From NCBI GenBank assembly GCA_963676795.2, contig CAXXTB010000002.1:1216001-1280000 (forward strand): DNA of 64,000 nt, in the 5' to 3' direction. The notes under the pieces were generated by a model. The model did not search any database. It was not told the origin of the DNA and saw only the letters and a program-made list of their open reading frames with translations. The translations under genes and the position numbers were made by a program. The stretch comes from Geopsychrobacteraceae bacterium. Its GTDB lineage: Bacteria > Desulfobacterota > Desulfuromonadia > Desulfuromonadales > Geopsychrobacteraceae. Positions 19,005 through 28,841 of this stretch are shown here, in pieces. Every line of letters starts with the position of its first letter. The first letter of the stretch is position 1.

Positions 19005-19520
19005 ATGATTATTCAGTGTCCTCAATGTGGAGCGCGTTACCGAACCAAGCACTTAGCTCAGGCCAAAACCCCGTTGCAGGCCTCCTGCCCGAAATGTCAG
19101 CATCGCTTTCTGGTGGCTGTGGATCAGGATGCTGCTGTCGCCTCAAGCGAACCGCCCAGAATCCTGATCGTTGACGATGCACGTTTCTTCAGAGAGCTGA
19201 TCATCGATCTGCTGCGCGGGCGCGAGCTGGTCCTGGAGACCGCCGACAGTGCCCGGGAAGCCTGGGAGAAGCTCCATCAGAAAGACTATGCCCTGCTGAT
19301 GGTCGATATCAATCTGCCGGACATGAATGGACTCGAGCTGATCGGCAAACTACGCCAGGACGCCAGGCTGCAGAATCTGAAGATCCTGAGTATCAGCGGC
19401 GTCTATCGCAAGGATACCGATGCCATGAGCGCCATCCGTGCCGGGGCTGATGATTTCATGCCAAAGTCCTTTCAGCCGGATGAGTTGACAGCGCGGATCG
19501 ACAGGTTGCTGAGCAAGTGA
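19005..19520 (+). CDS. Zinc-ribbon (MJ0042-like) plus receiver-domain protein
   Basis: CPQC...CPKC, then REC: ILIVDD, VDINLPDMNG, GADDFMPK. Confidence 0.88.
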   Translation: MIIQCPQCGARYRTKHLAQAKTPLQASCPKCQHRFLVAVDQDAAVASSEPPRILIVDDARFFRELIIDLLRGRELVLETADSAREAWEKLHQKDYALLMVDINLPDMNGLELIGKLRQDARLQNLKILSISGVYRKDTDAMSAIRAGADDFMPKSFQPDELTARIDRLLSK

Positions 19521-20320
19521 TTGAGTCCGCAGAAATAAGCGCAGCAGTGGCCCGGTTTGAACGCTGGTTGCCCGCGCAACCCCAGTTGGCGATTGTTCTT
19601 GGTTCGGGCCTCAGCAGTCTGCCTGAACAGCTCTCCCAACGTCAGACCCTGGCCTACGCGGAGCTGCCCGGACTGCCCAAGACCGGTGCTGCCGGGCATG
19701 CCGGCCTAGTGCATTACGGAAAATTTGCAGGCCTCGATCTGCTGGTTTTTCAGGGGCGGTTTCACTGCTACGAGGGATACTCGGCGTGGCAGGTCACTGC
19801 TCTGGTCCGTCTGGCAGCGGCACTGCGCTGTCCCCGGCTGCTCTTGACCAATGCCGTTGGCGGGCTGAATGCCGCGATGCAGCCCGGTGATTATATGCTC
19901 GCGGAAGATCATCTGAATTTTACCGGTCTTAGTCCTCTGGTCGGGCAACAAGACGCGTTTATCGATCTCGGCAGGTTGTATCACCGTTTTCCGGAACATT
20001 TAACTCAGGAGCTCGCAGCTAAGGATATTGCTCTCCATCGGGGCGTCCTGGCCTGGATGCTTGGCCCGAGCTACGAGACTTCCGCGGAGATTCGCGCCCT
20101 CAAGCGCCTTGGCGCAGATGCCGTCGGGATGTCAACCGTGCCTGAGGCGATCATGGCGCACTACTGTGGAATCGATGTCGCCGTCCTGTCCCTGATTACC
20201 AACCTGGGGGCCGGCCTGAGTCCGCAGCCCCTCGGTCATGAAGATGTGCTGCAGGTCGGAGCACGTGCTGCTCAGCAATTCCCAACCGTTCTGAGCAGGC
20301 TGATTGCCAACTGGGGCTGA
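19517..20320 (+). CDS. Purine-nucleoside phosphorylase (PunA/XapA type)
   Basis: LGSGL, GHAG, GRFHCYEG, GPSYET, VGMSTVPE. Confidence 0.93.
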   Translation: MIESAEISAAVARFERWLPAQPQLAIVLGSGLSSLPEQLSQRQTLAYAELPGLPKTGAAGHAGLVHYGKFAGLDLLVFQGRFHCYEGYSAWQVTALVRLAAALRCPRLLLTNAVGGLNAAMQPGDYMLAEDHLNFTGLSPLVGQQDAFIDLGRLYHRFPEHLTQELAAKDIALHRGVLAWMLGPSYETSAEIRALKRLGADAVGMSTVPEAIMAHYCGIDVAVLSLITNLGAGLSPQPLGHEDVLQVGARAAQQFPTVLSRLIANWG

Positions 20321-20425
20321 TCTTCTTCTGTTTTTTACGTTTTTCCTCTGCTGTACTTGTCTGCAACGGCTTGACTCCCACTTCTTCGCTGATAAACTTT
20401 CAGTAACATGAAAAGTGGGTGGTGT

Positions 20426-20797
20426 ATGTCAAAGATTCTTGTTGTTGATGATGAAGAAAACGCCCGGATCGGGCTTAAAAAATATCTCGAAGGCCAACAG
20501 CATCAGGTTGTTGCTGCATCAGATGGAAAGGAAGCCCTTTCCGAACTGATTCGTCAGCAACCGGATATCGTGATTACCGATATCAGCATGCCGGGAATGA
20601 ACGGGCTGATTCTGCTTGAGCAGATGATGCAGCATTTCCCCTCGGTTCCGGTGATCATGATGACCGCTTACGGTGAGATCGATTCCTATCTGCAGTCGAA
20701 GCGACTGGGTGTCTTCGAGTACCTGATCAAACCGGTCAGATTGGCTGACCTGAAGATACTCATCGATCGGATCACCTGCGAAAGGGCACTCAATTAA
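20426..20797 (+). CDS. Single-domain response regulator
   Basis: KILVVDDE, TDISMPGMNG, MTAYG, KP; alternative start 20408. Confidence 0.9.
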   Translation: MSKILVVDDEENARIGLKKYLEGQQHQVVAASDGKEALSELIRQQPDIVITDISMPGMNGLILLEQMMQHFPSVPVIMMTAYGEIDSYLQSKRLGVFEYLIKPVRLADLKILIDRITCERALN

Positions 20798-20835
20798 TCA
20801 TTTTTTGCGGGCTGATTTCTGAATAGGGGGCACAG

Positions 20836-21288
20836 ATGAAAGACTGTAAAGCAATACTCGTAGCGATTGATTTCTCGGATAGTTCTGATAATGCTTTTCA
20901 GATGGCGCTTTCGATGGCCCGAAAATTTGACGCGAAGCTCATTGTGCTGCATGTCATCAACGAGCCTATAGATCTGCGCGGTTTTTATGTTCCGCACATC
21001 TCTTTTGAAAAGCTCGAAGAGGAAATCATGGAAGGGGCCAAGAAGATGATGGACAGCTTCTGCCATCGCAATCTTGCCGATTATGCAAATCATGAATGTA
21101 TGATTGTCGCCGGGATTCCTTTCGAACAGATCATCGGTCAGGCCGAGGAAAAATCTGCTGATCTGATCGTTATGGGCACCCATGGCCGGGCTGGCCTTGA
21201 TCATGTGCTGTTCGGCAGCACCGCAGAAAAGGTTGTCCGTAAGTCGCCGTTGCCGGTTTTGACGGTGCGTCTTGAAGAAGAGGGGTAA
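20836..21288 (+). CDS. Universal stress protein
   Basis: ILVAIDFS, DLIVMGTHGR, GSTAEKVVR. Confidence 0.95.
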   Translation: MKDCKAILVAIDFSDSSDNAFQMALSMARKFDAKLIVLHVINEPIDLRGFYVPHISFEKLEEEIMEGAKKMMDSFCHRNLADYANHECMIVAGIPFEQIIGQAEEKSADLIVMGTHGRAGLDHVLFGSTAEKVVRKSPLPVLTVRLEEEG

Positions 21289-21339
21289 CAGGCAGTTCTC
21301 AGGCGTAACGACATGCGCCTTAACGACGAGGGAGTCGAG

Positions 21340-21372
21340 AAAAACAAGGGGTCATTGGCCCCTTGTTTTTTT
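21340..21372 (+). terminator. Intrinsic terminator after the usp gene
   Basis: aaaaacaagggg...ccccttgttttttt. Confidence 0.8.
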
Positions 21373-21465
21373 ATGTCTGGAGGAGAACGGGTAAAATTAT
21401 TCATGGGTTAATATCGCTGAAACTGCTATAGTCATTGATCGATTTATATTCCAAGGGGGGATATT

Positions 21466-22668
21466 ATGGCGCAGCAGTTGAGTCGGTTTGCTGGTGAGAC
21501 GATTGTTATCGCCGACGATGAGTATGTGATTGTCGAACTGTCACGCATGTTGCTTGAGAAAAGAGGCTTCAAGGTTCTTACCGCTCAAAACGGGCAGCAA
21601 TGTGTCGAACTGGTCAGAGATCACCATCCGGCGATGGTGCTGCTCGATTACATGATGCCTGTCATGAATGGTTATGAAGCTCTGACCTGGATCCGGGCCG
21701 GCTTTCCCGATTCCTATGTCCTCATGTTTACCGGCAAGGGGAGCGAGGAGGTCGCTGTTCAGTTGATGAAGGCCGGAGCGGCGGATTATCTGCAGAAGCC
21801 TTTTGCCAACCAGAGTCTGCTCGACCGCATTGATGCGGTGCTGACCTTGCGTCAGATCGAGATAGAGAACAAACGTCTGCTGCAGGAACGGGAGAAACTG
21901 CAGGAGGAGATTCAGCGCTGGAACCAGGAGCTGGAAAAACGCGTCGAAGAGAAGACCCAGGCTCTCGAGAGAGCTCACCAGGAGATCGTTCAGGCTGAGA
22001 AGCTCGCCCTGTTTGGGCATATTACGGCCGGACTGGCCCATGAGATTCGTAATCCGCTCAACTCGATCAACCTGTTTGCCCAGATCCTCCATGGTGAAGA
22101 GGGAATGAATGAAGAACAGTTGAGCTACCTGACCAAGATCTCCCAGGAAGTCATCCGTATCGACGAAATCCTGGTGCGCATGCTGGCTGCCAGCCAGAGT
22201 CATGTGGAAAAACGTGAGCAGGTCTGTTTTGTCAAATTGCTGGACAAGGTGTTGCGGGTCAATGCCGATCACCTCTGTGTCCAGAATGTCGATGTCAGTC
22301 TTGATGTCGATGAGGAAATGCCGACATTGAAAGCCGATCCTCTGGAAATGGAACAGATTTTCTCCAACCTGATTACTAATTCGCTGCAGGTCATGCCCGA
22401 TGGCGGAACACTCAAAATTGTGCTGAAAGCGGACATGGAAAAGATTTACATTCAGATTGGCGATAGCGGGCCGGGGATCCCCGCAGAAAATCTGACCCGG
22501 ATTTTCGACCCATTTTTCACCACGCGTGAACAGGGAACCGGGTTCGGATTGTCGGTCGTTAAACGGATCATCAAGAGCTATGGCGGCGGGGTCAAAGCAG
22601 AGTCAGTGCCCGGCGAAGGTGCCCTGTTCAAGATTGAGATCCCGTTGATTTACGGAGCGTTCCACTGA
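21466..22668 (+). CDS. Hybrid receiver-histidine kinase (REC-coiled coil-HisKA-HATPase)
   Basis: IADDE, LDYMMP; AHEIRNPL, NLITNS, DSGPG, FDPFFTT, GTGFGL. Confidence 0.93.
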   Translation: MAQQLSRFAGETIVIADDEYVIVELSRMLLEKRGFKVLTAQNGQQCVELVRDHHPAMVLLDYMMPVMNGYEALTWIRAGFPDSYVLMFTGKGSEEVAVQLMKAGAADYLQKPFANQSLLDRIDAVLTLRQIEIENKRLLQEREKLQEEIQRWNQELEKRVEEKTQALERAHQEIVQAEKLALFGHITAGLAHEIRNPLNSINLFAQILHGEEGMNEEQLSYLTKISQEVIRIDEILVRMLAASQSHVEKREQVCFVKLLDKVLRVNADHLCVQNVDVSLDVDEEMPTLKADPLEMEQIFSNLITNSLQVMPDGGTLKIVLKADMEKIYIQIGDSGPGIPAENLTRIFDPFFTTREQGTGFGLSVVKRIIKSYGGGVKAESVPGEGALFKIEIPLIYGAFH

Positions 22669-22671
22669 TTT

Positions 22672-24255
22672 ATGGCGTTAAGATTACGTGAAATTTCCCT
22701 GGCCCTCAATGAGGACGAGTCCTGCCTGCCGGAAAAAATAGCTGTCCTGTTGCACATTCCTGTTGCCAGCGTCCTCTCCTGGAAGATCCTGCGCAAAGGT
22801 ATCGATGCGCGCAAAAAGCCGCACATCCTGCGTGTCTATACAGTCGATTTCGAATGTCCGGACGAAGCTGCTGTGCTTGCCAGGAATCGCCAGTGCCGTA
22901 CCCTGGATGTCGTTGAACATCCATCGGCCCTAGAGTTTCCGCGGACCGCTGATGACTCCCGGGTTCTGATCGTCGGGATGGGGCCGGCCGGGCTGTTCTC
23001 TGCTCTGGTTCTCGCCGAAACCGGAAAACAGGTGCATCTGCTCGAAAGAGGACGCTGTCTTCAGGAGCGGATCCGTGATGTGCGGGCTTTCTGGGAGTCC
23101 GGCACTTTCTGCACTGAAAGCAATATTCAGTTCGGTGAAGGAGGCGCCGGGACCTTCTCCGACGGCAAACTGACCAGCCGGATCGGTCATCCCGCCACGC
23201 GCTATGTGCTTGAGCGACTTGTCGAGTTCGGTGCTCCTCAGGAGATTCTCTGGCAGGCCAAGCCGCATGTCGGATCGGACCGCTTGCGCAATGTCCTGAT
23301 TCGCCTGCGTAAACACCTGCTCGAGCTGGGTGTCGAGATCAGTTTCTCCAGTTGTCTGAGCGGTTTTGAAAGCCGTCAGGGGCGCATCGTCGCGGGGATC
23401 GTCAACGGCGACCGGCGAATCGAGTGCGATGAACTGATTCTCGCCATCGGCCACAGTGCCCGCGATACTTATGCCATGTTGGCTGACAAGGGCGTGGCGA
23501 TGGAGCAGAAAGCCTTTGCCATCGGTCTGCGGGTCGAACATCCCCTTGAACTGATCAATCAGATTCAGTACGGTATGGGAAAGCATCCGTTGTTGCCGGC
23601 CGCCGACTATCGTCTGGCCTGGAACGACCCGGAGACGGGGCGGGGGATCTACTCCTTCTGTATGTGTCCGGGCGGCCTGGTTATCAATGCGGCATCGGAA
23701 CCCGGCGGGATTGTCGTCAACGGCATGAGTCCCTACAAACGGGATCAGCCCTGGTCGAATTCGGCCCTGGTGGTGACGGTCTCTCCGGCCGATTTTGGTG
23801 CTTCAGACCTGCTCGCCGGGGTCCGTTTCCAGCGTCATTGGGAACAGGCGGCCTATGCCGCAGGTGGGGCGGGCTGGCGGGCTCCTGCCCAGTCTCTGCT
23901 CGAATTTCTGCAGGGGCGGGACTCCGCTCTGCCCGAGTCCTCGTGCCGGCCACAGGTTGTTCACGCGGATCTCAATCAGTGTCTGCCAGGATTCGTCGCG
24001 ACGGCCATCAAAAAGGCCCTCCCTCAGTTCAATCGCAGGATGCGTGGTTTCGTCGGGCCTGAGGCAACTCTGATCGGTGTCGAAACCAGAACCTCGGCAC
24101 CGCTGCGGATTCTGCGTGACAAAAGCGGGCAGTCGCTCAGTCACCAGGGTCTTTACCCGGCCGGAGAAGGTGCCGGCTACGCTGGCGGGATTATGAGTGC
24201 GGCTGTCGATGGTATCGGCGTCGCTACAACGATTTTACAACGAAGAGAGAAATAG
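22672..24255 (+). CDS. Uncharacterised FAD-dependent oxidoreductase
   Basis: GMGPAG, FGEGGAGTFSDGKL, FCMCPGG, ETRTS, GEGAGYAGGIMSAA. Confidence 0.88.
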   Translation: MALRLREISLALNEDESCLPEKIAVLLHIPVASVLSWKILRKGIDARKKPHILRVYTVDFECPDEAAVLARNRQCRTLDVVEHPSALEFPRTADDSRVLIVGMGPAGLFSALVLAETGKQVHLLERGRCLQERIRDVRAFWESGTFCTESNIQFGEGGAGTFSDGKLTSRIGHPATRYVLERLVEFGAPQEILWQAKPHVGSDRLRNVLIRLRKHLLELGVEISFSSCLSGFESRQGRIVAGIVNGDRRIECDELILAIGHSARDTYAMLADKGVAMEQKAFAIGLRVEHPLELINQIQYGMGKHPLLPAADYRLAWNDPETGRGIYSFCMCPGGLVINAASEPGGIVVNGMSPYKRDQPWSNSALVVTVSPADFGASDLLAGVRFQRHWEQAAYAAGGAGWRAPAQSLLEFLQGRDSALPESSCRPQVVHADLNQCLPGFVATAIKKALPQFNRRMRGFVGPEATLIGVETRTSAPLRILRDKSGQSLSHQGLYPAGEGAGYAGGIMSAAVDGIGVATTILQRREK

Positions 24256-24263
24256 GGGTTGGT

Positions 24264-25418
24264 TTGAAACAGATCTATGTTGCGGATATCAAAGAGCGGG
24301 ATCAGCTCAGAGAGGTGTTCCTGGTCAAGGACAAGATTACGGCCATGGCCAAGAACGGCAAACCCTACCTGACCTTAAGGCTGATGGATCGCAGTGGCGA
24401 GGTCGAAGGGCGCCTGTGGGACCGGGTTGATGAACTCTCCCCCCAGTTTGACAAGGATGATTTTATCCAGGTGCAGGGCAAGGCCAGCGTCTATCTGGGC
24501 AAGATGCAACTGGTGATCCAGCAGTTGGAGCGGGTCGCTGACCGGGATGTCGACCTGGCCGATTTTCTGCCTGTCTCCACGCGCAGTCGGGCGGAGATGC
24601 GCGCCGAACTGGAGGGCCTGCTCGCTTCGCTGACCGATCGGCATATCAGCGCGCTGCTGAGGGGCATTTTTGACGATCCGGTGCTCTTCGAGCGCTATGC
24701 CATGGCCCCGGCCGCCAAAGGGATGCATCATGTTTTTCTCGGTGGTCTGCTCGAACATTCGCTGGCTGTTGCCGCTCTGGCCTGTGATATTGCCGCCCGC
24801 TATAAGGAGGTCAATCGCGACCTGCTGATCTGCGGCGCTCTGCTCCATGATCTGGGCAAGGTCTCGGAGCTCTCTTACCAGCGTTCCTTCGACTATACCG
24901 ACGAGGGGAAGCTGCTCGGCCACATCATTATCGGTGTCCAGATGATCGAAGACCAGGTGCGCCGGATTCCGGGATTCCCTGATCAACTGTCGATGATGAT
25001 CAAGCATCTGCTGCTCTCGCATCATGGTCAGTACGATTTCGGTTCACCGAAACGACCAAAATTCCTCGAGGCCGTGATCCTCAATTTCATCGATGATCTT
25101 GATTCCAAGATTAACGGAGTTTTGAGCCATGTCGCCAAGGAGCCGGAACGCGAAGGAAACTGGACCAGCTACCATCGTCTCTACGATCGCTATTTTTATA
25201 CCGCTGGCATGGCCAGGGAAGTCGAGGGCGGTAATTTGCCGGAGCCGCAGCCTCAGCCGGTTGCCCAGCAAAGACCGGTTCCACGCGAAGCAAAGAAAGA
25301 ACAGCGCAAAGAGCGCAGGGACTTCAACCAGCCATTAGGGGCATCACTTGCCGAACAGCTCAAGGGGAAGAACCTCGATCTGTTTTCGGCAATTCAGGAT
25401 AAAGGGGAAAACTCTTGA
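24264..25418 (+). CDS. YhaM/CBF1-like 3'-5' exoribonuclease (OB + HD)
   Basis: KNGKPYL..DRSG OB fold; HH...GGLLEHS, LHDLGK, LLGHI, SHHG. Confidence 0.9.
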   Translation: MKQIYVADIKERDQLREVFLVKDKITAMAKNGKPYLTLRLMDRSGEVEGRLWDRVDELSPQFDKDDFIQVQGKASVYLGKMQLVIQQLERVADRDVDLADFLPVSTRSRAEMRAELEGLLASLTDRHISALLRGIFDDPVLFERYAMAPAAKGMHHVFLGGLLEHSLAVAALACDIAARYKEVNRDLLICGALLHDLGKVSELSYQRSFDYTDEGKLLGHIIIGVQMIEDQVRRIPGFPDQLSMMIKHLLLSHHGQYDFGSPKRPKFLEAVILNFIDDLDSKINGVLSHVAKEPEREGNWTSYHRLYDRYFYTAGMAREVEGGNLPEPQPQPVAQQRPVPREAKKEQRKERRDFNQPLGASLAEQLKGKNLDLFSAIQDKGENS

Positions 25419-26035
25419 TTTTTGACAGTCTGCCAACAGGCCCATTGGAAGTGAATTGTTATATCGTTGGTTGCGAAAAGACCCGCAAGGCCGCCGTGAT
25501 CGATCCGGGCGGCCATGCCCAGGCGATCCTCAAGCGGCTGGAGAAGCACAACCTGACACTTGATGTCGTCATCAACACCCACGGTCATTTTGACCATATC
25601 GGCGGCAACCGGGAGTTGATCGAAAAGAGCGGTGTTAAGCTGTTGATCCACGCTGCCGATCGTTTTCTGATCGACAATGTTCCGGAGCATGCCCGAATGT
25701 TCGGGATCATGGCCGAACCTTCCCCGGCCCCGGATCGTGAGCTGGTCGACGGCGACACAATCCAGGTCGGCGAACTGACCATCAAGGTGATCCACACCCC
25801 GGGGCATACGCCGGGCGGCGTCTGTTTGCTGGTCGATGGCCATCTGGTGGTCGGCGACACCCTGTTCAACGGTTCCATCGGCCGGACCGACCTGCCGGGT
25901 GGCAGTTTTGAGCAGCTGATCGCAAGCATTCATGAGCGGCTCTTCCCGCTGCCGGACGAGACCCAGGTTTTTCCTGGCCACGGTCCGGCGACGACCATCG
26001 GTCGGGAAAAGACCTTCAATCCATTTCTCAGATAG
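25415..26035 (+). CDS. MBL-fold metallohydrolase (glyoxalase II-like)
   Basis: THGHFDHIG, HTPGHTPG, GDTLF, PGHG. Confidence 0.93.
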   Translation: MIFDSLPTGPLEVNCYIVGCEKTRKAAVIDPGGHAQAILKRLEKHNLTLDVVINTHGHFDHIGGNRELIEKSGVKLLIHAADRFLIDNVPEHARMFGIMAEPSPAPDRELVDGDTIQVGELTIKVIHTPGHTPGGVCLLVDGHLVVGDTLFNGSIGRTDLPGGSFEQLIASIHERLFPLPDETQVFPGHGPATTIGREKTFNPFLR

Positions 26036-26044
26036 GATCACCTT

Positions 26045-27250
26045 ATGCTGAAGGGGAAACATATCGTTCTGGGCGTCAGCGGTGGTATCGCGGTCTATAA
26101 AGCGGTTGAACTGCTGCGCCTGTTGACCAAGGCCGGTGCCGAGGTTCAGGTCGTGATGACCAGAAACGCCTGTGAGTTTGTCACGCCCCTGACCTTTCAG
26201 ACCCTCTCGTGCAATCCGGTCCACACCGAGATGTTCAATCTCTACCAGGAACACGAGATCGGCCATATCTCTCTGGCGGACAAAGCCGATCTGTTTATCC
26301 TGGCTCCGGCGACAGCCAACTTGGTCGGCAAGATTGCCGGCGGTATTTGCGATGACCTGCTGACGACCAGCATCATGGCGACCAAGGCGCCGGTGCTCAT
26401 CGCTCCGGCCATGAATACCAACATGTATTCCAATCCTCTCTACCAGCGCAATGAGAACCTGCTGCGCGAGTATGGCTATCAGATCATCGCGCCGGTCAAC
26501 GGGGAACTCGCCTGCGGCTGGGTTGGTGACGGGAAACTGGCCGATCCCGCCGATATCTTCGCCGCTGCCGAAGCGATTTTGACCAAGAAGGATCTGTACG
26601 GCTGTCGCATCATGATTACCGCCGGCCCGACCCGTGAGGAAATCGATCCGGTCCGTTATCTGACCAATTACTCATCCGGCAAGATGGGCTATGCTCTGGC
26701 TGCGGTCGCGGCGCGGCGCGGCGCCGACGTCCTGCTGATCAGCGGGCCGAGCCAGCTGTCGGTCCCCTACGGTGTCAGGGCAGTTATGGTCCAGACGGCT
26801 CAGCAGATGCGCCAGGCTGTCTTTGCCAATCTGATCGATATCGATGTCGTCATCAAGGCGGCGGCTGTCGCCGATTATCGAGTTGCCGACCGGGCCGGGC
26901 AGAAGCTCAAGAAAACTGCGGACAGCCTGACGCTTGAGCTGGAGAAAAATCCGGATATCCTTGCCGAGCTTGGCCGCAACAAGGGGGAGCGGTTGCTGGT
27001 CGGTTTCGCTGCCGAGACAGAGAATCTGCTGGAACATGCCGGTGAAAAACTGAAAAAGAAAAATCTCGATATGATTGTCGCCAACGATGTCAGTCGCAGT
27101 GATGCCGGTTTTGATGTCGATACCAACGCAGTGAGGATACTTTCTGCTGACGGGCAGATCGAAGCGCTGGAGCTGATGAGCAAGGTCGAGGTGGCTGATA
27201 CCCTGCTCAGCCGGATCGCCGATCTGTGGCGGGCCAAACGGATGGTCTGA
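26045..27250 (+). CDS. coaBC: Phosphopantothenoylcysteine decarboxylase/synthetase
   Basis: GGIAVYK, PAMN, LACG, TREEIDPVRYLTNYSSGKMG, AAVADY, GFAAET. Confidence 0.98.
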   Translation: MLKGKHIVLGVSGGIAVYKAVELLRLLTKAGAEVQVVMTRNACEFVTPLTFQTLSCNPVHTEMFNLYQEHEIGHISLADKADLFILAPATANLVGKIAGGICDDLLTTSIMATKAPVLIAPAMNTNMYSNPLYQRNENLLREYGYQIIAPVNGELACGWVGDGKLADPADIFAAAEAILTKKDLYGCRIMITAGPTREEIDPVRYLTNYSSGKMGYALAAVAARRGADVLLISGPSQLSVPYGVRAVMVQTAQQMRQAVFANLIDIDVVIKAAAVADYRVADRAGQKLKKTADSLTLELEKNPDILAELGRNKGERLLVGFAAETENLLEHAGEKLKKKNLDMIVANDVSRSDAGFDVDTNAVRILSADGQIEALELMSKVEVADTLLSRIADLWRAKRMV

Positions 27251-27262
27251 CGGGCGAGATGC

Positions 27263-27976
27263 ATGCCGGATAAACTTTATAAAGAATGTTGCGAGCTGAT
27301 AGCCCAGGGGAAGATGGTCCTGGAGGATCTGCACTCCTGGGGCTATGAATGGATCGCCGATCCGGTCGAGCCTGGCACGGGGCACGAATCCCGTTCTGCT
27401 GGGGCTGGCGAGACCGCTGTAGCACCGATCCGAACCCTTGAGGAGCTTGAAGCGTCACTGCAGGGCTGCACGCTCTGCCCGTTGTGTCAGGAACGGCATC
27501 ATATCGTCTTCGGCTGTGGCAACCCGAACGCCGATCTTGTCCTGGTCGGTGAAGCTCCCGGCCGCGAAGAGGACCTGCAGGGCTTCCCTTTTGTCGGAGA
27601 GGCCGGCCGCCTGCTGGAACGTATCCTGTTTGCCATGCAGCTGTCTCGTGACGATGTCTATATCTGCAATCTGCTCAAATGTCGTCCTCCGCACAACCGT
27701 GATCCGGAAACGGCAGAAATCGCGGCCTGCGAGCCGTTTCTCAAACGTCAGCTGGAGATCATCAAACCGCGCCTGATCGTCGCCCTCGGACGCTTTGCCA
27801 CCCAGACGCTGCTGCAGAACAATGCGCCGATCAGCCGTCTGCGCGGCACCTGGACCGAATACCAGGGGATTTCGCTGATGCCGACCTATCATCCGGCCTA
27901 TCTGTTGCGTTCTCCGGCTGGAAAAAAGGATGTCTGGCAGGATATGAAACAGGTGCTGCAACGTCTGCGCAGCTGA
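27263..27976 (+). CDS. Family-4 uracil-DNA glycosylase (4Fe-4S)
   Basis: CTLC, GEAPG..ED, FVG, KCRPPHNR, YHPAYLLR. Confidence 0.93.
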   Translation: MPDKLYKECCELIAQGKMVLEDLHSWGYEWIADPVEPGTGHESRSAGAGETAVAPIRTLEELEASLQGCTLCPLCQERHHIVFGCGNPNADLVLVGEAPGREEDLQGFPFVGEAGRLLERILFAMQLSRDDVYICNLLKCRPPHNRDPETAEIAACEPFLKRQLEIIKPRLIVALGRFATQTLLQNNAPISRLRGTWTEYQGISLMPTYHPAYLLRSPAGKKDVWQDMKQVLQRLRS

Positions 27977-27977
27977 T

Positions 27978-28313
27978 TCAGGCGTAATAATTTATCAATG
28001 ATCCGGGCAGGGGAGTATTCACAGGGGCCTTAAGATAGCCATTGAGCCTCTGGTCAGTCGGTGCTGACTCTATTGTGCTCTGTTCAAGCGATGGGCTGTC
28101 CGGCTCTGCGACGGATTGGCTACTGCTGGTTGCTGCCGGCTTCGGTGCCGAGTAGATGTCAACATATTCAGCGTCAATCACCTGTGCGGATCTGGCGTTA
28201 CGGCTGTAACTGTCCGTTGCACGGCCCTGGTTCAGGGGCTGCCGGGCAGTCTGCTCGTGATTGTTCAGCTGTATTTCGCTGACAAAGGGGCTGTTGAGTC
28301 TGTTGATCTGCAC
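27978..28313 (-). CDS. Small, mostly disordered hypothetical protein
   Basis: 111-aa ORF with GTG start that fills the gap and converges on the UDG gene. Confidence 0.6.
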   Translation of the reverse strand: MQINRLNSPFVSEIQLNNHEQTARQPLNQGRATDSYSRNARSAQVIDAEYVDIYSAPKPAATSSSQSVAEPDSPSLEQSTIESAPTDQRLNGYLKAPVNTPLPGSLINYYA

Positions 28314-28417
28314 TCTATGCCTTCTTCAGTGATGACACAATAACGTCTGAATATCGTCTAACTATAAGAAAAATAGCTGCTTTGAGCAAGTACTAAGATG
28401 AGGAACTTCTTAGATGG

Positions 28418-28774
28418 TCAGGGGGGAGCGGCTTCCGACGTATCTTTTGCTATCGGAACCAGTTGCCAGCCTTTGGCTCTCATGCAATCCCGGTAGATCG
28501 CATCGCTTTCCAGCCCGGGACTGTAGAAAAACGGTTGGACCAGGGCGCGCCGCGAGTACCAGTGCGGATAGTAGGCGAAGTCATACCGGTTGAACAGAAA
28601 GCCCTGGCGCATCACGAGCTGATCCGCAATCCGGTGACATTCCTGCTGGTCTCTTTCCAGCGCTGTCGCATCAAGCTTTTCTGGATGCTGCCAGGTCAGT
28701 TCAGCGCAGCCACACAGTAGCAGGAGCAGGATACTGAGTCCGATCCGGACTGATCTTTTGCACTTGTCTCTCAT
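28418..28774 (-). CDS. Hypothetical lipoprotein
   Basis: Basic N-terminus, hydrophobic core, lipobox LCGC; D..EC...CMRAKGW cysteine pair. Confidence 0.75.
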   Translation of the reverse strand: MRDKCKRSVRIGLSILLLLLCGCAELTWQHPEKLDATALERDQQECHRIADQLVMRQGFLFNRYDFAYYPHWYSRRALVQPFFYSPGLESDAIYRDCMRAKGWQLVPIAKDTSEAAPP

Positions 28775-28841
28775 CGTTCAATCATAGCATTGATTGCTGT
28801 TGTTTACAGCACAGCGGTTTTCTCTTGGAGAGTTACATCAT

